Assembly: GCA_009103225.1 (NCBI GenBank)
Contig: RHPI01000773.1
Coordinates: 20,955 to 84,954, forward strand
Length of the DNA: 64,000 nt
Source of the DNA: Chlorokybus atmophyticus
Lineage: Eukaryota; Plantae; Mesostigma and Chlorokybus algae
Reading direction: 5' to 3'
The position numbers were made by a program, and so were the translations under genes. Below, piece by piece: positions 9,301 through 22,462 of this stretch. Below the pieces are notes generated by a model, which saw only the letters and a program-made list of their open reading frames with translations, had not been told where the DNA came from and searched no databases. Positions within the stretch are counted from its first letter, which is position 1. Each line of letters starts with the position of its first letter.

Positions 9301-12300
9301 AAAAATGTATACTGGTCACCGGTCTCACATATCTTGCTGCTGTCATCAATAATGCCCACCTTGTCACGCAGGTGGAGCAATGCGTGCTTGAGATTATCAA
9401 TGTTGTGGGGCAAAATGGCAGGACTGGCAGGTTTTTTATGTCATTGGCCACTACTGTTGTCTCTCCAGTGGATATCTGCAAGTAATGAGCCTAATCCTCC
9501 TTCAGCGTGGGCAGCGCAGCTGGGTCCTCCCTGGTCATCCGCCATAGCACAGTGTTATGCATTATGCTCTAAAAAGACTCCAATGCGGACGTCTCTTCAG
9601 GTTTTGGGTGGAGTATGGGGTCGCTCCGAATAACACTCGGCGCACGCGATAACGGAGCCTGTTTCAACATTGGGTCCGCCGTTGGTTGTTGAACCATCGA
9701 TTCTGCCAGAGTTCTGTTCTTCAATGGCTGCCATGGTAGCAAGCACAGCGTCAGCAAAACATGCAGAAGACTACAGTGCTTGTGACACAGGTGATCTAGA
9801 TAGTAATTGTCAATCTCTCACCTGCAGAATTAGCGGTGGGAGTGCAACACGTCCCACTGTGGATGTGAGTTGAGTTGAGGTTGCGTGGATGTCTCCTCCC
9901 TGCCTGCCCTTGTAGCGTGCCTGGTGTCCTGCCCTAATGTCAAGGTTGTCTATGGACGGCAAGACGTGCATGCCTGGCTTGTGACGAATACGACTGACGA
10001 AATTGAGATTGTGCAGTGCACGAGTATGGATGTGTCGGTCAATATGACTGCGACTAACAGACCCCCCCAGACGGTTGAGTGTTTGAATCAGCTTATTGCC
10101 TTGCAAGTGCATGTCCACCTCATCAGTGACCACCAAGTGTAATGGCGAGTATGCGAACTTGCTACGCGCATACAACGCTGTGTGCATAAGGAACAGTGTC
10201 TTATTACGGAGTATGGTGAGCGTTGATGCATGTCTCCGTCCAGGTGTTCTCAGTCGCTCCAAAGCATTGTATCAATTCAGGGCCCCGAAGACTGTGCGCA
10301 GCTGCTCGCCCGAGGCATCCCACTCCTCCTTCCAGTCCACTGAACTCAGGTCAGGGTCCGACTTGTTGCGCTCAACCTGACGTTGCCGTTCATTCTTCAT
10401 GAGCCGTGAGAGCGTACGCAGCACGCCATCTGGCAAAGTGTCCGCATCAGGTACACTGGTGCCCGCATGCGTGGCCTGTGCACTGACAGGCACCTCGGTA
10501 ACGCGTGTGCCATGACGCAGGAGGCATGACAGTGGGTCCGCTTAGGCGCCGATCATTAGAGTGCCCTGCTGCATGCCACCAGTCTCAACGACCACTGCAC
10601 CTGGCAAGCGTTGATGAACAGCTCGCAACAGATAGCGCGCCGGCGTAATGCTGTACTTGGCAGCAATTGCCGTGAGGAAATTAACAGCATCTCTCTGCAA
10701 AAGTTGCTGCGCAACTTCCCGAACGGCACATGCCAACGGCTCCACGCAATCCTCAGTCGCCACACTAGTCACTTCTGCTTCAAAGAGCTGCCGCACCTCT
10801 TCAGCAACACGCGCATCGTGCTGTGTTTGTCGCACTGATGTGCTAGTGCATATTGTCTCCCTTACGCCGGCAATGACATCTTCCAACTCCACCAGCTTAC
10901 TGCGGTACCCTTCCAGGTCCCTCTCAGCCTTGAGCCTGTGACGCCTTTCCCCGTTACCGACTTCTGCCTCCTCGCGCACCCTTGTCTCCAACACCTAAAG
11001 GGACACTGTCAGCAGAGTGCCCAATCGACCCAAGGACCGCCAGGTGCAACCACACATCGGTACAAGCAACACCTCAGCATGTTGTTGCAACTCATCTAAC
11101 TCGTCCTCCTGTTGGCGTGCGCGTGCAGACTCCTCACACCGCCGCTGCTCCTCCAAAAGGTGACGGGCGATCTTGCTATGTGCTACCTGACACGACCATC
11201 CACAGCATGAGAGTGCAGTCCTACACCATAGAGACACCCCAGGTGGAGAGACTGCAGGAGGAGTCTTCATTCAGTGCTCACCTCACACTTTTTGCGCAAT
11301 TGCTGAACCGCTTGCCTGGCGTCCAGCAATGCTTGGGACTGGCCTATGCGTCCCACCAATCCCAGATCACGCATAGCCGCTCGCAACCCTTCAATCTCCA
11401 CAGCTTGCTTGTCTGGCTCCTTGGACGCTTGGCTCAGCTGCGTTGTCAGCCTTTATACTTGCAGCCTGAGACACTGCGTGCCAACATACAACACAGACAT
11501 GACACACTGAGCACACCCACGAACGGGGTGTTAGTAGTAGTAGGTAGATTAGGTAGAGTAGCCCGGTGGTGAACTACGTGGCAGTGTGAAATGTGAGTGG
11601 TATGATTGTGGGATGGTGATGGTCGTTGTGCATGAGCATATGCCACGCGCATTGTATGTACATGCAGCATCCTGGCAACACCGTGATAGATGCTAGTGCA
11701 TTTGGCCATGACCACAAACATGGACAGTGTATTGACCACTGCATTCCTCCAACCAATGCACAACTTATGCAACAGCATGATCGATGCTGCGATTGACTTG
11801 CCTACTCAAATCATGCAGTGTGTTGCACATATCCTCGCAGTATCACATAGCCATGCATCATGTACCTCCAATTGGCTGAACACACTTGTCTGCCTGTACG
11901 CCTTGTCTGCATGCACTCTTGCAGTCCCCATTGTATCTGAATGCACAAGACCATGCGCATCAAAGCCGACACAGCCACCACAGGCTCTTCTTATTTGGTG
12001 TATTATTGCACATCATAGCACGCTAGCAGCGACCACTACCAGTCTTACAGCCTTATCAGCACTACCACTGGCTAAGGTCTATTGTGCCAAGAAACCACTT
12101 CAACTCAACTGCCAAACCGCCCACCTGGCAGTGTCCCAAGTGGTGTCCTGGGCATCCTTGGCACGTTCTTAGCAGCAGCCACCATCCGCGACAGAGTTGG
12201 ATGAATCCGCACACTTTTGCCATTACGGTCCACACGCGTGTTCGCGGACAATTGCTGATGCAATGCATGCGCAGATGGCACCTGCTGCTGCAGACTATGC

Positions 12301-13440
12301 TGATGCGACTTCTGCCTCTTGCGCAGCTGAGAAGAGCCCGGCGGAGTGTTCTCTTGAATCTCGAGAGTTTCATCCTCGGAGCCTGACTGTTCCAAGTCTT
12401 CTTCCTACAAGCACACAAGTATCAGCATGATCATGCATATACAATAAGCCTGCATGCACACACAGCGTCTGCACACCCTACCTGATCATAACCAGCTGGA
12501 GACAATGCAGCAAGTTGATCAGCCTCCTGCACATGCCATGTAATCAACCACCTACACAAAGCACGCAGCCAGTTTCATAGCATATACCTACACTGACCCA
12601 CTCACCTTCACCAGCACCAGGTCATCGCCCTCCCATCTTCAGGTCTTATTACACGTCAGCGCATACAAGAAGACACTAGTAGGGTTCAAACGGATCCTCG
12701 ACAAACCACACTCTTCCTTCAAACTAGTTGACATTATATTTGTCTTCATCCCGCCGGCGCTTGGCATAATCACGCTGGTTATCATTGCGTAAAGTCCTCG
12801 CTACCTCTATAGCCTCCAACTTCCAACATTGCTCCTCATAAAGCAGTGCTACAGAGCCCTCATCCGCCATCACCGCCACCGCCGCCGCCGCCGCCACCGC
12901 CGTCACCACACAAACAACGACACTACATTCGTCCTGCATCAACACACCCACCCCAATCCCCAAGTTTTAATTCAAACTCAACACCGTTGACAAACACCGA
13001 TATACGCTGCCGATCAGCAATGTTGACGACCAACATTTCACGCGTATCGATATCAGCAAGCGTGAGCGACATAGCCAATAAACGAAAATTGTCACCGCTC
13101 AATTGTGTCGAGACTGAGAACACTGCTGATTGACTACCGTTTTCGGTCGTCGACAGAGCTTGCAATACGCCGACAAACACAGGTGATCCTTGAACGAACA
13201 CGCCTGCCGATCAGCCGCGATCATGGCAATACTACGTATCGAGAAGACATCGCAGCCGTCCAGTTGCTGCAATCTGCCATACCATGAGGTCTCTGGCGTC
13301 GAGACTGCTATGTCCAGGGCGGACCGCCACGTGAGCAGATATGGATGACAGCATGCGCTGGGGCCAGATGATGAGCTAGGGTTTGCTGGCGGCGGTGGCG
13401 GCGGGGAGGGTTGTCTCGTCATCGTCCGCAGGGGGACCAT
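6328..13440 (-). pseudogene. Decayed Academ(X)-like DNA transposase gene (DDE transposase + XPG/H3TH nuclease + Cys8 finger) with spliceosomal introns
   Basis: Ordered fragments: SPLHLVV...LIQTLNRLG...SIDNLD (~10260-9900); ETGDQYTF...LPGDFHVLMN (~9330-9215); WQLWWNFV...GGFALS...LNKAHESMVNRDMK (~8900-8600); VVFDTP...SRD, NLKRSL, CNHGEADS (~7770-7410); YAATGSDYTSFIVGISK (~7150-7090); PTVDALWLHALRAVYAVQMW...GFEEVDG; CGCKTSGCISKNCKC..ACTDSCSCSGCDN (~6615-6510); acidic tail ending at 6328. Multiple stops and frameshifts. The link between the 11-13.4 kb exons and the core is inferred, and no TIRs were identified. Confidence 0.75.
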
Positions 13441-13641
13441 ACGTCACGCGCCACACTCCCTGCAGAGACTTCTCGAGGCCTCCGCCGCGACGCCCGGTAA
13501 GGCACAGGAGGCTTCTACAGCATACTGCGTGTGGGTACATTGACCACATACACAATGTCACAGTGCAATTACGGTGTTTGGCAGCTGTCCTGGTGTGTCT
13601 GAGCTCCTTTGAGCTTGAGGAGGCACGCACAGCGCACTACA

Positions 13642-15104
13642 ATGCATCGCAGAGGGTTCGGCCACCCCTGGCACGACCTGGAGATAGGTGCGTTTCGATT
13701 TGACTCTGACAATGCGGAAGTGTTCTGCTTTGCTCAATTGACAAAAATGTGCATTTTTAATGCATGCCCTTGAACATGGGGCGTGTGTCTTACCCGACTC
13801 CGTTTGTGTACAGGCCCTCAAGCTCCAAAGGTGTTCAATGCCGTGATTGAGATTGCAAAGGGTAGCAAAGTGAAGTACGAGCTGGATAAGAAAACCGGTA
13901 TGAGTTGCAGGGTTGCACTGCACAATAGCACTAGTGTCTAAACCCGAAACTGACTGTTGTGTTCATGCACACAGGTATGATGAAGGTGAGATGAGAGCAA
14001 TGCCACAGCTTGATTCGTCCCACGCATGCAATGGACTTCTGTGATAAACACATACACCCCCCCATGCGTGTGTACTTGTGCAAGTACTAGTAAGCCAAGG
14101 CAATGCATGCTGTTCATCTAGCATTGAAGTTAACTGCACTCTACAACTCACAAACCAAGAACACATGCAGTTCATGTGCCGCATGCATTGAGTGCGGAAA
14201 CGTGTTTTAAACTATTTACCGAACGTTGATTAATTATGAGATTGTTATGTCTTGTCTTGCTCAGGTTGACAGGGTGCTGTACTCCTCAGTTGTGTACCCG
14301 CACAACTACGGCTTTATTCCCCGCACACTCGGCGAAGGTGAGAGCCGTTCATTGCGTTGGCTGTGTTGGCTGTGAGCGACTCCATTAGCTACAGCTGTTA
14401 TGCTTTGCAGATAACGATCCGCTGGACGTGTTGGTCCTTATGCAGGTGCGCCTTTGCTTGCAATGTCGTGGACTTGTGACTCTCGGCAACAGGATTGTGT
14501 CGCGTGGTGCACGCATGCGCATCACCTCAAGTTGACTTGTCAACACACCACACGATATGCTGGGTCCAGATGCATTGTTGACCCGTGTGCATTCTGAGAG
14601 TGTTTGCATCTGGTGTCAGGAACCAGTGTTGCCAAACAGCTTCCTGAGGGCAAAGGCCATCGGCGTGATGCCTATGATCGATCAAGGCGAGAAGGACGAT
14701 AAGATCATTGCGGTTGCCGCCGATGATCCCGAGTTCCAAGCCTTTGATGACGTCTCGCAGCTGCCCCCGCACAGGTTGAAGGAGATCAAGCAGTTCTTTG
14801 AGGATTACAAGAAGAACGAGAACAAGGTCAGAAGGGTACCGAGAGTACTCGGAAGTTCTTGTTTAGGTTATGCACATTATTGCAAATGCACTTGCTGTTT
14901 GCTTGTATTTGCCACTGTTAGCGAATGTTGAGTTTGGCGCACACGGCGTTGTGACAACTCTTGTGACAACAACAACAAAGCGATATGTACTCATTGCAGG
15001 AAGTGGTGGTGGAAAGCTTCAGTGGAGCTGGTGAAGCCCTTGTTGTGATAAAAAACTCCATGGACATGTACGGTCAATACATTGTCAAGGCCTTGCAGGC
15101 ATAG
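13642..15104 (+). CDS. PPa: Soluble inorganic pyrophosphatase (plant cytosolic PPa type), 7 coding exons
   Basis: Spliced motifs [10 protein letters not shown] | [28 protein letters not shown] | MMK | [24 protein letters not shown] | [12 protein letters not shown] | EPVLP...[14 protein letters not shown]...[11 protein letters not shown] | EVVVESF...KALQA*. The start codon could lie further upstream. Confidence 0.95.
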
Positions 15105-16436
15105 CGAAGCACTCCTTGGGACGCTCCTCAGTGCACCTGCCAATATCTGCCAAGCCGACTAGAGCTGCTGAGTAGCTCCACTGTGTCGCATATGTGTTGG
15201 CATGAGGCAATGCCACTCCACGCACTGGTGCTTGCAGTTGTTGAGATTTCATGCGCTGTAGCTGACTTCAGACTTGCAAACTCTAGCATATGAGAAATAG
15301 CATATGAGTCATATGCAAGCAGCCTCTGGCATCCGAGCTTTGTATTGCAGCTTCTTGAGTAGCATCGGTTGGTGAGAATCCTGGAGTGCTGGACCACTGG
15401 CCGCAGTTGTGTTGGCCATTGTGGACTGTACTGCCGCTATTAGTGCTGTGGAGGTGTACAAAAGATGCAAGGCGAGTTTCATGCATGCAAGGCACACCGC
15501 ATTCATCAGATACATGCAGTGAGTACAGCATTACCAGCACACTCTCACATACAACACCACCGGGCTACATGCTAACCTACTGCTAGCCACTAAGTGCGAC
15601 ACTAACTATTCACCTACCCCATTAGACATGCATGCATAGTAAGACAAAACGGCACGCACGTGCAGGTAACAACCGTGTGTTTTGACTGCACGCATGTGAC
15701 AGCACAGTTTGTAAAGGGCCGTTGCCCATATGAGGTAATGCATAGAAGCTCATGTGCAGAGCATGAGTGAGCGCTAGACAGCTCACATCAGTCTGTTGAA
15801 GTTACTTGTGCAAGTGTAAGCCAATCTGCGCGGAGTGAAATGCTGTAAGTTGTGTAATGAAACCGGCAAGTTGTCACCTCCGTTGCTGGTGATGGAACCG
15901 ACTGTGCTATGCATTCACTGCACCGCAATCTACTTGCGCGCGTAAAGTCAGTTGGCGCTGTTGTCATGTCATCAACGCCACTGCTTGTGAGTGCTGTCGA
16001 TGCTAAGCATGGAGTTAACAGCTCTAGCAACATGGTGTGCAATCCACCTTCCAGACTTGCAGACCTGGGTGTTCCCAAGCGGCCTTGATGTTGGCGTGCT
16101 TATACGCAATGACAGTTGCATATGCAATGGATGACAAAGCATACAGTACAATCGCGCAAATTGGCATTATTGTATGTCCTTTAAACAGTCGTGCGGCATG
16201 CAGCAACAATGCTGCCATGCTGTTTGCTGTTCTGATCTAGTGTCTCGGCAAGTGAACTACACTCAGTTCAACTGCGCTTCACGTCACCAGCTGACACCAA
16301 CTGACGATAATATTGGTGAAAAACTATCTCGTGTGCAGTCCAGCGTCTTACCGTACTACAGGTGCACGTGCCTATACCGCTAGTGTAGAAAATATGCAAT
16401 GCTATGCATGTGATGGTGCAATACCAGTGAATACAT

Positions 16437-19087
16437 CTAGTTAGCCTGTATGTGGATGTGAGTGCTAGGACTTGCTGCAAATGTAAAAACCCTGCTTAAT
16501 GCTGCAATCAGTGCACCCGTGTTGAAAATGACACCTTCACCATGCGGTTCAGAGTCCACTTCAACCTGCAATGACATCATTCGCCAGTGAGAAAGCTCAT
16601 AACATCGGTGTCATTCTACGGCAAGAAAGTACTCACCACGTCCACGTGCATTCGCTGAAGTGCAGGTTTGTTAACTGGAATCTGACCCCCGCGAGGGATG
16701 AAAACGGCAGTCACATAATCTGCTGCCTGCACACACACGCGCGTCTTTTATATCTTCCCAAACACTAAAGCAGCCAATGTGTATCACAAACTGTGTCCAA
16801 TCACAACACACGCCAATAAACTTTCCAGCTGTCTTGGCTACACAAGCGGTGCAGTTGATAGCAAACAGATCTCTGTTTCCTCATTGTTCATTGCTGTGAA
16901 GGGGAAGCAAGTGTTGTGATGCTTACTTGATACTTCAGCCGCTGCTGTGCGTCACCACTGTGAGCTCTGTTCAATGCATCTGTGATGGCTGCAATGAAGT
17001 CCGCAGCATCCATGCCTTGTGTTTCGCGATCGTAGCAACCGTTAAGGAGAAGCATTTTGGGGCACCTGCTGGCAGCGATAGACTCACCAACACCTTTGAG
17101 AATCTGAAACACGAAGCAATCAGCAGGTTTTCATGTAACATGAGGTACTCCTACAAAGTACAGTTAGAGGCCAAAGCTCACCAGTTGAGGACAGATGGAT
17201 GTGTACAGGGAGCCCATGGCGTAGATAATACCATCAGCGCTAGTAGTTTTTTCTAAGACAGTCTGATTAACAGGCGGAAAAACCTGTTGGACATGGTCAC
17301 ACAGAGATCTGAGTCAGGGCAAACGGGGTGCACCATCAAGTTACCTAGTACAAACAGCATGTCTCCACCATTCTGTACCTCATGCACCAGGTGAGGTCCT
17401 TCAGTGGCAAGATAGAACACTCTGCGTATTCGTGATGGGAGCGGCGTTGAAGAGCGCGCATCCTGTCCGATGAAACACAGGTTTCAAGAAGGTTGTGGCA
17501 GAAGGGAGGACGTTCCTGAACACGAGTTACACTTGAGCACCACGGGCATGTATACCTTATCCACCGAGTTGCATAAGGATTGCTCTGAAGGGTGTGAGAT
17601 GGCATTTTGACCACGAATAAAGGAACCATCCTGTGTGGACACACCATGATGAGGCGTGAACACAGACGTTGAGGTGAGGTGCAATCCTGGTTGAACATAG
17701 TGCGTACCTCCAACTCTGCGCCTAATACTAAGCGATCTATGGTGTTGACTGCCGGGAGCACAAGAGACTCTGGAGGAACATGCGACACTCGGCTGTACAG
17801 GAAAATAGCCGCATCCATCGAGCGGAAGAAGGTGCGAGCTCCAGCGAAAAAAAAGTTACCTACACTGTGACAGCAGGAGCAACATCAGCGCGAATGCACG
17901 CACGCATGCCCTGTCATCAGCCGGTACCTGATGCAAACTTACCTGCCATTAAGAAAACAAAACTTGTCTGTTGTGTTGCGCAATATCTGTGAGCCATAGT
18001 GTCATTACTCTGCCACGCTGGGAAATGGCATTTGTTGCGCAACATTGCTGGTCCACAAGTGTACCTGTGAGTGGAAATGAATCAAAAATGCCTTGATTGT
18101 GTCTCGGTAAGGGTGCGAGATTCCTTGCCAAAGCTCGTGGTCACCTTCGACTATGCAAAACCTGCAGACAACCAGTTGCATGATGAGCACTACAATTAAT
18201 CGTCAATGATAGCTGCGTGCATTGGTAGTGGCGCACCACTCCATCTTGGCTCGATTCTCGTCAGAGGGATGCAACCGGTAACCAAGGAGTCGCTTGACGG
18301 CAATTGCCTCTTCTGTGTCACTGGCAGAAAGGCGCAGGCAACGAGAACGAATATCACCCACAGCAGGCCCCCCTGGCAAATGAACATCAATGTATATGTT
18401 AGTGTTGCAGCCATCAACTGCATGTGGGTCCAAGCGAGCAAGAAACCTTACCTAAAACACGGACAATCTCTGCGGTGCTTCCGCCATCATCCGACACTGG
18501 CAAAACATGCGCGACGCGCGTGGTGTAGTGCATTAACTCCTCTGCCACGCCATTGAACGCTGTGCCGCCTATTAACCAGACAGCGATCAGCATGCAAAAC
18601 GGCACACAGTGCATCCTGCCTACAATGGATTGCCTCCTGCGCATATAGATGAAAACCATGCAACCACTGCTGCTGCACAAAGCAAATCTATCCTTTCGAA
18701 CAGACCTGAAAACACGACAAGTGCAGGTTCTCGCCGTGATGAAACAGATTGCCTTTGATTCCTTTGGGAACTCCTCTGCCCTTGGTACTCCGACCAGGGA
18801 GTTCCTGCCTCGTCTGCTTCAGTCCAGGCGTCTTTGGTGCGGCGGAGGTTGGGGTCTGTTGTCCTCGTGTCGTGGGCGAGCTCCGTCATGAGGCCTGGCG
18901 CTGAGTCGTGCAGCTGAGCAGCGGCCGTCAATGCTGCTGTGTGCTGTGCCGGCTGCTTCTTAGCCTGAGATAAGCTCGGTTTCCGCTTAAGAACGAGGCG
19001 CGGTTCTGCTAGGCAACGTTGCTGCTGCCTATTGTGACTGAGGCTGCGCCATAGCAAAGGCTGAGCAGTGCCTACAGCAGCATTCAT
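16437..19087 (-). CDS. CofD/YvcK (UPF0052) family protein, similar to plant MEE18-type proteins; multi-exon, 5' end uncertain (may extend to ~19430)
   Basis: Spliced motifs LVVFSG|GTAFNGVAEEL...VLPVSDDGGSTAEIVRVLG|GPAVGDIRSRCLRL; NFFFAGARTFFRSMDAAIFLYSRV; IRGQNAISHP; LPSRIRRVFYL; IIYAMGSLYTSICPQL; GVGESIA...KMLLLNGCYDRET. Confidence 0.9.
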
Positions 19088-19797
19088 GGAGCCTCAGTAC
19101 AGGCAAATTTCAACGACGGTCTACAGCAGTGAAGTCACCTGCAACCACAGCGGCGATTCACCTCACACATTGTTCACAAAGCTTACAGAGTCGGCTTCGC
19201 TAGTGGTCGCGATGAGCATACAGCATACAGCTTACGGGAGCATGCAGCACAGTGACGGCTGCGAAATGCGCCAGGCTAGTCTCAGGACAGGGCGAGCTTC
19301 GACCAGTAACATGGATCAACGCACATTAACGACATTGGAAGCTACGCAACCCATGCTAGCAATGCGTCGAAGCACAGTACCTCTCTTCCGTCGTTCCCGA
19401 GCCGGCGCCTCGCCAACGCCGCCGCCGCATGGCCAGCCTCAGCACCGCCACCACACCAGCCTGGCGTAGGCTCAGCACGTTACCGACGATACATACCGTA
19501 TCTCACCTCCGTATCCCAGCCAGCTTACCATACTGGGGCACACGTCGACGCTCGCTTGTGCCGACATACACTCAGCCGTCGGCGCATGCCACATCAAGAG
19601 TAAGCTCAAGCTGACGTGGAAAGGTGCAATTCTGAGACGCGATGGGTCTTAAAGTCGCTTCACCAATGGGTTGGCATAGGGTCGCGGTAAGACCCGAGGT
19701 GTGGCTCCACTCGTGCTTATCTAGGCCGCGCGCAAAGAGCTGACATGGACACAACGACGCGCCCAGCATAACGTTACGTAAGCCGGTTGCTCCGAGT

Positions 19798-19807
19798 CTT
19801 TTATATA
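19798..19807 (-). promoter_or_regulatory. Putative TATA box in the divergent promoter between the CofD-like gene and thiolase
   Basis: TATATAAAAG on the minus strand in an otherwise GC-balanced intergenic region. Confidence 0.4.
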
Positions 19808-20125
19808 GCGTAGCTTGTCGTTCGCGAACGTACAATGACTACAGTACCGAGCAGATGGGCACGAGCTTCAATTACGTTGCCACGTACGCTAAACGTAATC
19901 CAATGTATTCTGGCAGGATGTTACGCTGACGTTACGCAACACTCGAGTTACGTGCTGGTGACAGCACGTAACTCGGCAAGGATATGCACGAGGCCTGCAG
20001 CACAACGCTGAAGGCGCCAACTGTGCTGACGGCAGGCGGCGGCGGCGGTGTGGGTGGCGGAAGCGGCGTCGGTGGGGTAGCTGCGTAGGTGGCCTGGGTT
20101 GGCTAGTTGTTTCTTCACACACACG

Positions 20126-22462
20126 ATGCAGAGCGACAAGCAGACGCTGCGTCAGAAGATACTGCTCGACCATCTGCGGCCGGCAGCTTCGCGCGGGAGC
20201 TCCGTGGAGGTGAGTTTGGCGCTTGGCCAGCTGCTTGGACCACAGCCGCTCTACTTGATGTAGAAGTCGAATTTGTCTTACCTTGAACAGTGAAGGGTCG
20301 CGGGTGTCTGCTGGTCACCGTTTTTGTTGAATTGTTTTCAAATACTACGTCGTTTCGGTGCTCACGGCACCATTGGTTAGAAACTGCTTGCGCAGCGCTG
20401 GAAACGCATCTTGAGTGTACCATTCCAATAATGCTGCAATGTGAGTGAGCAACAGGAGTCAACACGTCTCTATAAGTCATGGCACTGTGGTCGTTGGTAT
20501 TGGCTGGTTTTTGGCCTCTGTGCTTCCCTTCAAATCTGGGACTGCTGCTCGTGTAGCGAGCCGCGTCACATGCTTCTTACGTGGATGTGTTTGTCAGGCC
20601 ATTGCATGCAGTGCCTCCCCATACGAGCGTCGCACGGATGCTGCAGATGATGTTGTCATAGTCACGGCATTCCGCACACCTATGTGCAAGTCCAAGCGTG
20701 GTGGTCTCAAAGACACTGGAGCAGATGATCTCATTGCCACGTTGCTGAAGGCCACAGTTGAGCGCACTGGTAAGTTAATGTTCCAGAATGAACGCAGCAA
20801 AGCTATTGGTAGGGTGGTAGATAGGTGATTGAGGGTTACCTGGTCATCTATCTGACCAGGTAACCCTGCCTGACGTTGCTGACTTTTGCATGTCTACGAG
20901 CATTATTTGGGTCAACCATGCAAATGCATGTGTGCTCATTGGCCGTGTGTCGGTAGGCATTGACCCCAAAATTATTGGAGACATCGTGGTGGGCAGCGTC
21001 CTGGCCCCAGGTGCTCAGCGTGCCAACGAGTGTCGAATTGGCGCCCTGCTTGCGGGAATCCCTGAGACCGTGCCCATTCGGACTGTGAACCGCCAATGCT
21101 CATCCGGTCTACAGGTGACTGGCTTCGTCTGTGCTATACATGGGCACCCCTTGAGGAATGTCTCGCTCAACTTGATATATTGGGTTGTTATGATGGACAT
21201 TGAGATGTAATCTTGTTGTTATGGTTACTGTTGTGGATTAAGCGACTCCAGTATGGTGGTTGGAGGTTATTGCAAAGAAACAATTGGCCTGACGCTGACA
21301 TTGCATGCTGCGCAAATGCAGGCTGTTGCAGATGTTGTGGCCGCCATCAAGGCTGGTTTCTACGATGTTGGCCTCGGCTGTGGGGTAGAGTCAATGACAT
21401 CTAATCCCATGGCATGGGAGGGAAGCGTGAACCCCAAGATTGAGACCAATGAGAAGGCGGCTGCATGCATGCTGCCCATGGGGGTAACCTCCGAGAACGT
21501 TGCTGAGCGCTATGGTGTCACGCGTGCGCAGCAGGATTCCATGGCGGCAAGGTCGCATGAGCGTGCAGCTGCTGCACAAGAAGCAGGGCGCTTCAAGGTG
21601 ATGATTGTCACATGCTGAGTTTTACGCATGCCATGCAACAACTCTTGTACCCAACTCTATCTATTTACCGCCTGACTGGGAGCATCAGCTAAGACTATTG
21701 GTTACAGGATGAAATCATTCCAGTGCACACGAAGCTTGTTGACCCCAAGACTGGTGATGAGCGTCCCGTGGTGATTTCTGAGGATGATGGCATTCGCAAG
21801 GGAACCACTGTTGCGTCACTCAGCAAGCTCAACCCTGTGTTCAAGAAGGGTGGAAGCACAACCGCTGGTAACTCCAGCCAAGTCACTGATGGCGCTGGTG
21901 CAGTGCTGTTGATGAGGCGCTCTAAGGCACAGGAGCTCGGCCTGCCAGTGCTCGGAGTTTTCCGCAGGTTTGTTTTTCTTGATTGATTGTTTGCTGCTGT
22001 GTGTCCTGTGCACGTCTGACAGTATACATCTTGTGCAGCTTTGCAGCTGTGGGAGTAGACCCTGCAGTGATGGGTATTGGACCTGCAGTTGCCATCCCTC
22101 AGGCTGTGGAAATGGCAGGTCTGCGCATTGAAGACATCGACCTGTTTGAGCTGAATGAGGCATTTGCTTCACAAGCCACTTACTGTTGTGATAAGCTGGA
22201 CCTCGACCAGAACAAGGTCAACGTCAATGGTGGGGCAATGGCACTTGGTCATCCACTTGGAGCCACAGGTGCACGCTGCGTTGCCACGCTGCTGCATGAG
22301 ATGAAGAGACGAGGCAAGGACTGCCGGTTTGGAGTTGTGTCTATGTGCATCGGCTCTGGCATGGGTGCGGCTGCAGTATTCGAGCGCGGCAGCATCGTGG
22401 ATCCTTTGTCGACAGCTAAGGCATCACGTGTTCAGAACCATCTATCCCGCGATGCGCATTGA
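20126..22462 (+). CDS. KAT2: Peroxisomal 3-ketoacyl-CoA thiolase with PTS2 signal, multi-exon
   Basis: Exon 1 MQSDKQTLRQKILLDHL (PTS2 RQx5HL, 20150-20176); DDVVIV...RTP...KRGG; TVNRQCSSGLQ (catalytic Cys); NSSQVTDGAGAVLL; ELNEAFASQ; NVNGGAMALGHPLGATG; VSMCIGSGMGAA; ends LSRDAH*. Confidence 0.96.

Noticed and set aside
15128-16400. Short ORFs between PPase and the CofD-like gene (e.g. hydrophobic 16024-16218)
   Set aside because: No recognisable domain or consistent splice chain; likely overlapping 3' UTR/intergenic DNA.
19640-19745. Possible U4 snRNA or other ncRNA (minus-strand CTCTTTGCGC start, GGGTCTTA/TAAGACCC stem, upstream TATA)
   Set aside because: Lacks the U4 5' stem-loop/k-turn, stem I and Sm site; the match is too short to support a call.
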